Positions 30,543-38,965 of a DNA stretch of 64,000 bases are shown piece after piece. The notes under the pieces are model-generated. The model saw nothing but the letters and a program-made list of their open reading frames with translations, was not told where the DNA came from and searched no databases. Numbering within the stretch: the stretch's first letter is position 1; each line of letters opens with the position of its first letter. A program made the position numbers and the translations under genes. Source of the DNA: a virus (lineage: Duplodnaviria > Caudoviricetes); the IMG/VR virus record IMGVR_UViG_3300028624_000003, positions 64,001 through 128,000 of that record; one strand, 5' to 3'.

Positions 30543-30998
30543 ATGCATCCACATCCACGTGAACTGATGGTATTACTTGAGCAGATGTGTTTAGCACTTC
30601 ACCTCAAAAGAATCGATTCTGCCCAGCAGGTTCGATTTGTGCTACCAGAAGACAATGCTGAAGTGATTCTTCTCTCTGATGCGGTGTGTATCTATTACCC
30701 GAAGAATATTGCGGTTGAGTCCCTTGAGGATATCAGCAAAGTACTACATGAATCTTACAATTCTGTGGTACTTGCAGTAGACTTCAAAAATAAGAGGTAC
30801 ATCAAACCTATCGCAGGAAAGCTCCAAAAGACGTGGATGCTCAGAGCATTGCGCGACGTAGTCGTGACATTTATTGCCGAGTGTGGGGGTCTCTCCTGTG
30901 TATGGAATGCACAAGATCTTGTACGACCAAAAGCAATCAAACCTGTACAACAGATTCCAGTCATCCACGCACGATCGATTCCGCTAGTACTATACTAG
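30543..30998 (+). CDS. Hypothetical protein
   Basis: 151 aa ORF, aggag RBS. Confidence 0.65.
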   Translation: MHPHPRELMVLLEQMCLALHLKRIDSAQQVRFVLPEDNAEVILLSDAVCIYYPKNIAVESLEDISKVLHESYNSVVLAVDFKNKRYIKPIAGKLQKTWMLRALRDVVVTFIAECGGLSCVWNAQDLVRPKAIKPVQQIPVIHARSIPLVLY

Positions 30999-31006
30999 AC
31001 AGATAT

Positions 31007-31040
31007 CTACAGAGGGGAGGCAAGTGCCTCCCCTCTGTAG
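31007..31040 (+). terminator. Hairpin
   Basis: ctacagaggggaggca / tgcctcccctctgtag. Confidence 0.6.
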
Positions 31041-31076
31041 TGTAATTGAATTATGTCATTCATCTATTTTTAGATA

Positions 31077-31092
31077 TACATTACTATTTTGA
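31077..31092 (+). promoter_or_regulatory. Putative early promoter
   Basis: tacattac-tattt-tga. Confidence 0.65.
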
Positions 31093-31127
31093 TATCCACC
31101 CAACAATCTAACCGTAGGAGATTTATC

Positions 31128-31559
31128 ATGGCTACTATCAACGGCATCGAAATCGGTAATGTCGAAATGTTCATCGTCCCCAATGAGATCACGAAGATCT
31201 CAGCTCTGCACCCGTTCGTGGCGAAAGATGTCTTTCGCCAGTTCGACCAGATGGGATTCCAATACCAGGATGGCGACTACGCCATCCAGGTTTGGATCCA
31301 CTCGGAAGGACACGAGAACTGGGCATGCCACGGTGCGCCCTCTGTCGTGATCAAGGAACTGCGCAAGATCAACAACATAGAGGGACCGTCCCGCGGGATG
31401 ATCCCTGCCTTCGTACCCGCGAGCATCCTTCGCACGGCTCGCGAAGGATGGCCGATAGACCTCGGCCATCTAAAGGGTGTCGTAGCAAGGCAGCTCCCTT
31501 ACCGCCACGGCGAGTTTGGGACCTTTGAGGAAGTGTTCACCTCGCTGGTCTACCGCTAG
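31128..31559 (+). CDS. Hypothetical early protein (paralogue of 44764-45348)
   Basis: Start MATING with aggag RBS. Confidence 0.7.
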   Translation: MATINGIEIGNVEMFIVPNEITKISALHPFVAKDVFRQFDQMGFQYQDGDYAIQVWIHSEGHENWACHGAPSVVIKELRKINNIEGPSRGMIPAFVPASILRTAREGWPIDLGHLKGVVARQLPYRHGEFGTFEEVFTSLVYR

Positions 31560-31579
31560 GTGATACAGTTGTAATGAGC

Positions 31580-31613
31580 AGATAGGGGTGGAGCGCAAGC
31601 TCCACCCCTATCT
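31580..31613. terminator. Bidirectional hairpin with GCAA loop
   Basis: agataggggtggagc-gcaa-gctccacccctatct between convergent genes. Confidence 0.7.
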
Positions 31614-31631
31614 AAACCCACTTGCGGAGCT

Positions 31632-32978
31632 TTATTTTTTCTGCAACAGCTCGAGTACGTCGTACAGACTGAGGTATGGACGATCCTCGGTCTTTTCGCT
31701 GTACGACCAATGACCACGCGAATTCAAGATGTCTTCGATCTTGATGGAGTTACTCGCATGAATCTTCTCTACGAATTCTGTAGCAGTTTCGGGAATGTCA
31801 ACAGGCTGTGCTTTGGTATTCCAGTACATGGAAATCCATTTGAGCTGAGAGAGTATCTCCAAAGCACGACAGAGTTCGTAATTGTCTTTGAGAGTATCGA
31901 TGACGCTGTTTCTGTGAAGTAGGGTGTCTGGTGTCATCATGCAGTAACGGTTGTGACCCTTCTTCACGAACCCGAAGTCTTCGTTATTCTTCAGGAAGTG
32001 GTAGTTGGTGAGAGGACCAAGGATACCGAGATGCTGAGACATGACCAGAGGGATCTGTGTACCCGTAGCGTTTGTTTTGCAGCGCAACACTTTAACTGCG
32101 AGTTCGTTTACATCCACACCACTAGTACTACCAGAAGGATACTCTGGTCCCTTATTGGAATCCAGTATGGGCGTAGGTGAAGTCCCTTGCAAAAGTACGT
32201 TTGTCAGGAACTCGAATTGAGAACCGACACTTTTCAGACGGTCACCGTGACGAAGGAACTGCAATTGTTTCTGCGATGGCTTTCGAGGATCAATGTCATG
32301 TTGATCATCGACGTGAGCCGTCATAAGGAAGTACAGTCCATATTTGGATGCCATCCTCGTGATATCCAGCATGAACTTTCGTTTGACCTTTCCGTCATAC
32401 ATGTCATCCATGTTTCGGGAACTGTCTTCTACACCAACCTTTTCAGACTGAAGAGCTTCCTGTACCGTGCGCATACACGAGAAGCTATCGATGTCGATAA
32501 GCGTAGGTACCCAGATATGTACTCGTTTACCTTCAAAGTCGGTAAACGGAGACTCTACGATATAATCCTTCTTGTTCTTTTCCTTGTGCATGCAGAGCTT
32601 GTGGATACTCTCCATGACTTCAGGGAATGACAACGATGTAGCATTGGTCAAACGGATGCGCTCATGCGCAACCAACTTTCCGTCTGCCATGGTCTCAAAT
32701 CTCTTGAGTGAGAATGTCTGTTGTTCCGAGTCATGTTTCCAACACTCGATAAGCGAGTGCCTAAGTAGTATCTGAACGATGATACTATCAGTCACAGTTG
32801 ACTTGTAAGTCTGTGCTCGTCCGCATATTGCGGTGATAGGTGCGATACCACCATTGAGTAGCCACTTACGATCGAAGCTTCTTTCGTAGCTACCCAAAGC
32901 GATATCGAAAATGAGACCGGTATTGATATAAGGCGCCATTTGTGCGTTCTGAATACCTACGTCGTCGAACAGACTCAT
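31632..32978 (-). CDS. uvsX: UvsX/RecA-like recombinase (phiKZ-type)
   Basis: Start MSLFDD with aggag RBS; INTGLIFDI, Walker A GRAQTYKST, Walker B IDIDSFS. Confidence 0.8.
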   Translation of the reverse strand: MSLFDDVGIQNAQMAPYINTGLIFDIALGSYERSFDRKWLLNGGIAPITAICGRAQTYKSTVTDSIIVQILLRHSLIECWKHDSEQQTFSLKRFETMADGKLVAHERIRLTNATSLSFPEVMESIHKLCMHKEKNKKDYIVESPFTDFEGKRVHIWVPTLIDIDSFSCMRTVQEALQSEKVGVEDSSRNMDDMYDGKVKRKFMLDITRMASKYGLYFLMTAHVDDQHDIDPRKPSQKQLQFLRHGDRLKSVGSQFEFLTNVLLQGTSPTPILDSNKGPEYPSGSTSGVDVNELAVKVLRCKTNATGTQIPLVMSQHLGILGPLTNYHFLKNNEDFGFVKKGHNRYCMMTPDTLLHRNSVIDTLKDNYELCRALEILSQLKWISMYWNTKAQPVDIPETATEFVEKIHASNSIKIEDILNSRGHWSYSEKTEDRPYLSLYDVLELLQKK

Positions 32979-33089
32979 ATCGAAACTCCTATCGGGGTGT
33001 TTGTAATAGTAACACATAATAGCTGGAACCAGTGAAAAGAAACATGGTATGGTTACCGGGGGAACCGTAACTATGTCCACGGGGGGCGA

Positions 33090-33722
33090 ATGAAGTACAT
33101 TCCACCAAAAGAGGCCACAGGCCCAAACGATCCTTACCAAGACTACGATAAAGCACGTGGCTTGGCAGGTTCTCGTGTGTTTGCATCAGCGATAGAACAC
33201 CCACAACGGGAGATAATCCAAGCAATTGTCGCAGCAGGGTTGATACCATCGGAGACTAATCTCGCACAGTTAGCAGAAGCAATTCCTATTCTGGGCAAAG
33301 CCGCAGTAGGTGACTTCTGTAACATCATGACTGATACCGTAACTGGGGGTACGATTCCGTCAAAGACGGTTACCACACTTACTGTAAATGCACCATACGT
33401 GGATGGAGAAAACTGGAGACTGAGCTACAATCAGTTCAAATTGCAACTACCCACATCAGGAATATATTTGATATGCGGATCTTTGCTGGTGTATCCTGCA
33501 AATGGGCTGTATGTCGAGTTATCTATCGGTGTGAATGGTGTGAGAACTGCATCGTCTCGTCAGGCCACCAGATCCAGTAAGTACACTGCAGTTCAAGTAT
33601 CCACTGTACTGCAGGGTAACCAAGCCGATCTAATCAGCCTCTTGATGTACTCGGATGGTTCTGGATCAAGGTACTCCACGGACCGGTTGAATACTCAACT
33701 GTATGCGATTCGTCTGAGGTGA
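33090..33722 (+). CDS. Short tail-fibre protein: temperate-phage-type N-terminus plus C1q/TNF-like domain
   Basis: MKYIPP...AIEHPQREI...GLIPSETNLAQLAEAI; SGIYLI...QGNQADLISL. Confidence 0.6.
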   Translation: MKYIPPKEATGPNDPYQDYDKARGLAGSRVFASAIEHPQREIIQAIVAAGLIPSETNLAQLAEAIPILGKAAVGDFCNIMTDTVTGGTIPSKTVTTLTVNAPYVDGENWRLSYNQFKLQLPTSGIYLICGSLLVYPANGLYVELSIGVNGVRTASSRQATRSSKYTAVQVSTVLQGNQADLISLLMYSDGSGSRYSTDRLNTQLYAIRLR

Positions 33723-33729
33723 ACCAACT

Positions 33730-34191
33730 ATGCGTTACGAATATTTGCACGAGACGCTAGTCCGTATGTTTCCAGATGTGAATCCTGACACAAGTTGGAC
33801 CCTGTTTTACGATCCTGCAATAAGTGACGAGATAGTGATCCAAGCATGGAATCTGCAGATACCGCAACCGTTACCAGCAGAAATCGATGCGGTTTATGCT
33901 ACTATCGTAATGGAGAAAGAAAGAGAACAAAACTGTCTCTGTGAGGAGACTATCAGAAATGAGCGAGATCGTAGATTCAGAGTCATTTATGATCCGAGTA
34001 TCAGTCAACTTTTTCGCAAAAGAAGACTTACTACGGATTCAGCGGAATTAGATTCAATCACAGCTCAAATTACTCAATGGGATTCTTACGCTAATCAGCT
34101 TGAGAATATCCCTCAGCAACCAGGATTCCCATGGAATGGAAATATAGATTTAGTTCCATGGCCAATTCCACCAGAAAAACAGATCGAGTAA
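33730..34191 (+). CDS. Tail assembly chaperone-like protein
   Basis: IRNERDR...YANQLENIPQQPGFPW...WPIPP pattern. Confidence 0.7.
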   Translation: MRYEYLHETLVRMFPDVNPDTSWTLFYDPAISDEIVIQAWNLQIPQPLPAEIDAVYATIVMEKEREQNCLCEETIRNERDRRFRVIYDPSISQLFRKRRLTTDSAELDSITAQITQWDSYANQLENIPQQPGFPWNGNIDLVPWPIPPEKQIE

Positions 34192-34197
34192 TTTGAG

Positions 34198-34227
34198 CTC
34201 ACTAGGACTCACATGAGTCCTAGTGAG
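34198..34227. terminator. Bidirectional hairpin
   Basis: ctcactaggactc / gagtcctagtgag. Confidence 0.6.
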
Positions 34228-34241
34228 TGACACAGTTATGT

Positions 34242-35441
34242 CTATTTCTTTTTCTTACTTTTTCTCTGCTTCTCTTCTTTCGGTTGTACCGGTTCCTCCC
34301 CTATGGCAGGAAGATTTATCGTACGGTACTTGTTCCGAGGATGCTCAAGTATTCTCGGATTGTACTGAGCGTAGATGAGCTGAGCTTCTGGAGGAGTGAT
34401 GAATGGTACTTCTATCATCTCCTGGTTGGGTTTGTACACGATCTTTCCGTATACGGTGAATCGCATCAGCCCTGTCTCCATCTGCGGATTAGCTCCAGGA
34501 TACCACTCCGACACCACCAACTTGATTCCACTGAAGTTGAAGTTTTCTTCTTCTGATGGTTTCAATTCGAGTGACAGTGGAGACAGAAATGTCCAACTAT
34601 CTTCTGACAATTCGAATGGATAGGTTACTTCCACCCATTTACCATCTACGAGACCAAGTACTTGGATCACTTTAGGGCGAGGTACTTGGATAGCAGGTGC
34701 ATTGGTGGGACCTACTCTGGCTATGAGTTCCATTCTTTCAAGATTGAATTTGATTCTTTTGAAAACATAGCCAATGGTCTGTGCAGCTTTCAAATCCGAA
34801 TTACCGGTAAGCCACTGCTCTTGGAAATTGATTTCGGCGGGAGGAGGGAGAGTACCCTGCAGTGCGTTAGCTACTGGTCCACCAAGAATGGACATTTCCG
34901 AGACGAGAATGTCACCGTCTGACGTTGACATCTTCATTTGTTTAGGAATGAGACTGACCACCTCATCTCTCTGAACATCTCGTCCGTGGAACATGTTTTC
35001 TTTGTAGTACTTGAGACTTTCCGGAATTTGGTTAGGCTCAAGATGCATGGGTTGACCGTCGTAAATGATCATCACTTCTCGGCGAGATCCTACATGCTGC
35101 AGATGGTACAGACCCACTACATGTAGTGTATGTTCATCTGGTGCAAGAAATCCGACATGTTCACATTTGGAATTCAGAATCCAGTCGTTTTGATCTGACT
35201 GATTCGAACTCAACAGACGGAGATAAATGAGTTCGGATTTTTCCATAGACTTGAAGACATCGCGTACCTGATCCTTTGTACCTTCTTTGGGTATCTGCAC
35301 ATCGATGATCACTTCTCGATCTACTCGTATGATTTCCTGTATGAGATCACTGACGTACTTTCGATCTGTGGCGAACTCATAAGGAACACCAAAAAGAAAC
35401 GACTGTGAAAACAGTCTCGACGGTACTTGAAAAGATGTCAT
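34242..35441 (-). CDS. Hypothetical, possibly virion protein
   Basis: 399 aa ORF, aggag RBS. Confidence 0.7.
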   Translation of the reverse strand: MTSFQVPSRLFSQSFLFGVPYEFATDRKYVSDLIQEIIRVDREVIIDVQIPKEGTKDQVRDVFKSMEKSELIYLRLLSSNQSDQNDWILNSKCEHVGFLAPDEHTLHVVGLYHLQHVGSRREVMIIYDGQPMHLEPNQIPESLKYYKENMFHGRDVQRDEVVSLIPKQMKMSTSDGDILVSEMSILGGPVANALQGTLPPPAEINFQEQWLTGNSDLKAAQTIGYVFKRIKFNLERMELIARVGPTNAPAIQVPRPKVIQVLGLVDGKWVEVTYPFELSEDSWTFLSPLSLELKPSEEENFNFSGIKLVVSEWYPGANPQMETGLMRFTVYGKIVYKPNQEMIEVPFITPPEAQLIYAQYNPRILEHPRNKYRTINLPAIGEEPVQPKEEKQRKSKKKK

Positions 35442-35490
35442 CTGTTTACTCCTGATTGTAGACTATACAAATAGCATGGGTTGCGTAAGT

Positions 35491-36018
35491 TTACACAGGC
35501 TCTCGGCATATTTGGTAATATGCATTACCATTTTGATCCCGAAACATAAAAGTACCTTTATAATACTTATACCCATTAACGGTAGTAGTATCAAATGGTC
35601 CAACAATATACGACCCGTTGTTAAGTATCGTCCCCCAGAATAAAAGATGGAATCCTCCGCCTATAGCCCAATAATACTGCGGGCCCGATCCGTTATTAAT
35701 ATACTGACATGTTCCTACAGGTTGACATGCTTGTGTATTACAGACTTGAGAGGTGACGGGTTTACTTCCACAGAGTGAGTCTTCTACAGTTTTTCCGTCA
35801 TTACGAACACAGGTAACTACCCGAGACTGTGTACCACCGCCACAGGATACGGAACACGCAGACCATGCACCGATACTCCAGGAATATGAGTAGCTAGGTT
35901 TCCACTGTCCACTGACCTTCGTGAACACATTAGAAACTTTTCGCCATGCGCCACCTATCTTGATATAAAGCTGATCCACATTACGCCAAGTAGAACCTAT
36001 TTTTACGGATACCGACAT
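35491..36018 (-). CDS. Fibre-tip-like protein containing a thrombospondin type-1 (TSP1) repeat
   Basis: WSIGAWSACSVSCGGGTQSRVVTC...C...C...C; N-terminal VKIGxxW repeats. Confidence 0.8.
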   Translation of the reverse strand: MSVSVKIGSTWRNVDQLYIKIGGAWRKVSNVFTKVSGQWKPSYSYSWSIGAWSACSVSCGGGTQSRVVTCVRNDGKTVEDSLCGSKPVTSQVCNTQACQPVGTCQYINNGSGPQYYWAIGGGFHLLFWGTILNNGSYIVGPFDTTTVNGYKYYKGTFMFRDQNGNAYYQICREPV

Positions 36019-36042
36019 GATGTACTCTCTTTTGTTTAAGAT

Positions 36043-36072
36043 TCTCATGTGGTCCAGTTGGACCACATGAGA
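36043..36072 (-). terminator. Hairpin
   Basis: tctcatgtggtcca / tggaccacatgaga. Confidence 0.5.
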
Positions 36073-36082
36073 TATCGTCGAA

Positions 36083-37006
36083 CTACATGGATCGCAATTC
36101 TTCCAAAAGTGCATCGAGCGTCTGTAGGTCGGCGACCTTAGCTCGATCAAGATAGTTCCATTGTTCTGCGCTTACTTCTGCCATTACCTGTTTGAACTGT
36201 GCAGAGTTGTCGCAGATTTCCTGACAGAGAGTACGTTTGTCCACTTTCAGGAGTCGGAGTGACATAAACGTGTCTATGTAAGGAGTGGGGTAGGTGGGAT
36301 CTTTCAGCCAACCGACTGCTTCTTCCAATTGCAGCGACCATGTCGACTGATCGAATTGCGGCACGTATTTTCCCCACCGATTCCATCTGGTTCCTTCGAA
36401 TTTGTTTCGAATTTCCAGCATCGCAGACTTACGAAACTCTTCGACATTTCTAGGATCGTACCACTCTGATTTGACTACGTCCCATGTACTGTAAGGATTC
36501 GGACGAGGAGGAAGTTTAGCGAATTCTTCCTCGCTGAATACAATCAACTCGTCACCCGTTACAGTACCAGGCCATTCGACGAATCGCATGTTCTTTTCAT
36601 ATACTGCTGCGCGTATACGCTCAGGTGCGGATGCACCATCGACCAACATGTATGCACCGCCAGCCATCTCTTTGCTATAGCTGATGTCACACCACGTCCA
36701 GTCTGTGGGAAGATTCTTTTTGAGCATCACGCCGCTATAAATGCGATATGTGTCAAACGCGCACACTTCATACAACCCGCGTTCGTACGCGAGTTTGAGA
36801 TAAGCAAGGATTGCCTGTACCTTATCTTCGGGTAGAGGAACAATTTGTGCACTGTCACCGAGATAATGCGCTTCTACTATTTCACCATCGAGCATCGTGA
36901 CGACTGTACTCGACGGAACATCAGGACAAGGGACAAGATCCACCAAGATAGTATCTTGGTAGACGTACCGATTTTCTCTCGGTATGTAGGTAGTCATCTT
37001 CGACAC
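36083..37006 (-). CDS. Putative tail fibre assembly protein
   Basis: STWSLQLEEAVGW...PTPYID chaperone-like pattern; follows fibre gene. Confidence 0.6.
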   Translation of the reverse strand: MSKMTTYIPRENRYVYQDTILVDLVPCPDVPSSTVVTMLDGEIVEAHYLGDSAQIVPLPEDKVQAILAYLKLAYERGLYEVCAFDTYRIYSGVMLKKNLPTDWTWCDISYSKEMAGGAYMLVDGASAPERIRAAVYEKNMRFVEWPGTVTGDELIVFSEEEFAKLPPRPNPYSTWDVVKSEWYDPRNVEEFRKSAMLEIRNKFEGTRWNRWGKYVPQFDQSTWSLQLEEAVGWLKDPTYPTPYIDTFMSLRLLKVDKRTLCQEICDNSAQFKQVMAEVSAEQWNYLDRAKVADLQTLDALLEELRSM

Positions 37007-37020
37007 AACAACACCCTCAC

Positions 37021-38061
37021 TTAGATGTAGGTTATGTGTACATCCCCGTCAACACCACCAGTTGGTGCAGCTGCGGATTTGGTAATGGTCGGGCAACCCA
37101 CTTGCGCAGGTGTGTGAGTATGGACTACAGGAGCTGCGCCTGCTTGTTCTGGTGTGTGCGTGTGTGCCGTAGGTGCAGCTCCACACTGATCAGGTGTGTG
37201 AGTATGGACTACAGGAGCGGCGCCTGCTTGCGCAGGTGTGTGAGTATGACCAATATCTGACTTTCCCGCCAAGGAGTCATTTACAGTCTTCACTGCTTTG
37301 GACGTAGCAAGTGTTCCAGTAGAGTCAAAATTAACTGCGTCACTTTTGGCATTGGGAAGATTACCTAGTCCCACCTGTCCCGGGGTGTGCGTGTGTGCCG
37401 TAGGTGCAGCTCCACACTGATCAGGTGTGTGAGTATGGACTACAGGAGCGGCGCCTGCTTGCGCAGGTGTGTGGGTATGTACAGTATCAGCTTTTGTGGC
37501 AATTTCTGCGGTCAGAGTCGATACAGCAGCATTGACCGTAGTTTCGTCTACAAGAATCTTCCATGCAGACCATACTCCATCAAGCTGGCTACGCACAGCT
37601 ATTTTGACCGGATTTATAGCCACGTATTCTTGGATAGGCATGGGACCATGGTTTCTGGTGACGAGTATACCTTTGCTGAATCCGTTAGGACGTCCTGGCT
37701 GGTTACCATTTACAGCATAGTTGCTGATATGAGTCACTGAGTCCAAGTGAGTTGCAGCAGGGAGTACAGGATAGATGCTATTTACCAGACCACGAGCTGT
37801 AGCAGATGAACCGTCGGCCAACTCGATATCTGTGATAGCATCACGAGCACCTGGTGCATGTGTATCCTTGTGAGGACCTACTACACTACCGTCAGTATTT
37901 GCAGGAAGATCTCTCCAGAGATGTACTCCATCGCCCCGACGAAGTTCTCGAGTATCTGTGGAGTATGCGCCATCCCCAGGCATCAGTAAGGGATTTTCTG
38001 CGTACCATTCTGCGTGTGTCTTGGACCTCACGACAAGTGACGCAATGAGTTTTTTGGACAT
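37021..38061 (-). CDS. Tail fibre protein with Mtd-N/hyaluronidase-like N-terminus and His-x-His repeats
   Basis: AEWYAENPLL..GD.AYSTDT...GDGVHLWRDLP; HTHTPxQxGAAP repeats; ends PTGGVDGDVHITYI. Confidence 0.75.
   Translation of the reverse strand: MSKKLIASLVVRSKTHAEWYAENPLLMPGDGAYSTDTRELRRGDGVHLWRDLPANTDGSVVGPHKDTHAPGARDAITDIELADGSSATARGLVNSIYPVLPAATHLDSVTHISNYAVNGNQPGRPNGFSKGILVTRNHGPMPIQEYVAINPVKIAVRSQLDGVWSAWKILVDETTVNAAVSTLTAEIATKADTVHTHTPAQAGAAPVVHTHTPDQCGAAPTAHTHTPGQVGLGNLPNAKSDAVNFDSTGTLATSKAVKTVNDSLAGKSDIGHTHTPAQAGAAPVVHTHTPDQCGAAPTAHTHTPEQAGAAPVVHTHTPAQVGCPTITKSAAAPTGGVDGDVHITYI
37154..37473. repeat. 89-bp perfect direct repeat (37154-37242 and 37385-37473) within fibre gene
   Basis: Direct comparison; offset 231 bp, in frame. 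Confidence 0.9.
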
Positions 38062-38069
38062 GACTACTC

Positions 38070-38885
38070 CTATTCAATTTTGCTCAGGTAGACTTTGAGC
38101 TGGTCATCGATCTCCGGATGATACGTGATGATCTCCGAGAGATTCCAGAACAGCACATCCATCGGGAATATACCATTCATCGGATCGAGTATCGGCAATT
38201 CACCCATCGCGGTACGAGTGATACACTCGTCTGCTATGTCCAAACACTCAAGGATCGTAGACCCGACGTAGTCTCGATCATACTTCAACATGGATACCAC
38301 AGTCTCTTTCGTGATCTGGTCCATACGGAAAAGTACGGGAGATTCGTTATGGAACCCCATTTTGGAGATCACACCAGAAACCTTCTCTCTGGTAACTTGA
38401 CGAGGCTGGATGTCGCCCGTGATAAGACGATAGAATCGAGTGAGCGCCATACTGGATCGTGCTACAGCATGCGCGAGATGGTCTATCCCGCTATCTTCGA
38501 GTATGTTACCGTGGCGGTAGTTGATGAAATGACGGTTGCATGCATCCAGTGACATCTCGAGAGAGGAATCACTTTGAAGAGGAATGTTTTGCCATGAGTA
38601 GAATGAGTATTTGTGATTCCCGAATTCGAGAATAGTGTAGATCGCTCGCAGTGCTCGTTCGAAATACGGATAATTCCTTACTGCCGAATACTTCTTGTTG
38701 AATTTTCCGGTGTATACCCCTGCACATTTACGGAAGAAGTATTTCTCTTCGTACGGGGTAAGTTCAGTACATCTGGACTCTAGTTCAAGTTGTATGACAT
38801 CCTTGTCTTCGGACGATTTTTCCAATTCATTTACCGTGGGATCGTTCTCTGCGGCAGAAGGGGGAAACACACCAAGTGACTTCAT
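38070..38885 (-). CDS. dATP/dGTP diphosphohydrolase-like (DUF5664-type) protein
   Basis: LEFGNHKYSFYSW...DACNRH...EDSGIDHLAHA motif. Confidence 0.72.
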   Translation of the reverse strand: MKSLGVFPPSAAENDPTVNELEKSSEDKDVIQLELESRCTELTPYEEKYFFRKCAGVYTGKFNKKYSAVRNYPYFERALRAIYTILEFGNHKYSFYSWQNIPLQSDSSLEMSLDACNRHFINYRHGNILEDSGIDHLAHAVARSSMALTRFYRLITGDIQPRQVTREKVSGVISKMGFHNESPVLFRMDQITKETVVSMLKYDRDYVGSTILECLDIADECITRTAMGELPILDPMNGIFPMDVLFWNLSEIITYHPEIDDQLKVYLSKIE

Positions 38886-38965
38886 TATCGTTCTCCTTCG
38901 ATACTAGTCGATTTCTTACATGATATGCGATTTGGTTCTAAATATACAACGTACATTGGGGGCTG

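Noticed and set aside
35491-35720. Diversity-generating retroelement
   Set aside because: No reverse transcriptase or template repeat seen in this window
37096-37480. CRISPR-like repeats
   Set aside because: In-frame coding repeats of a fibre protein; no unique spacers or cas genes
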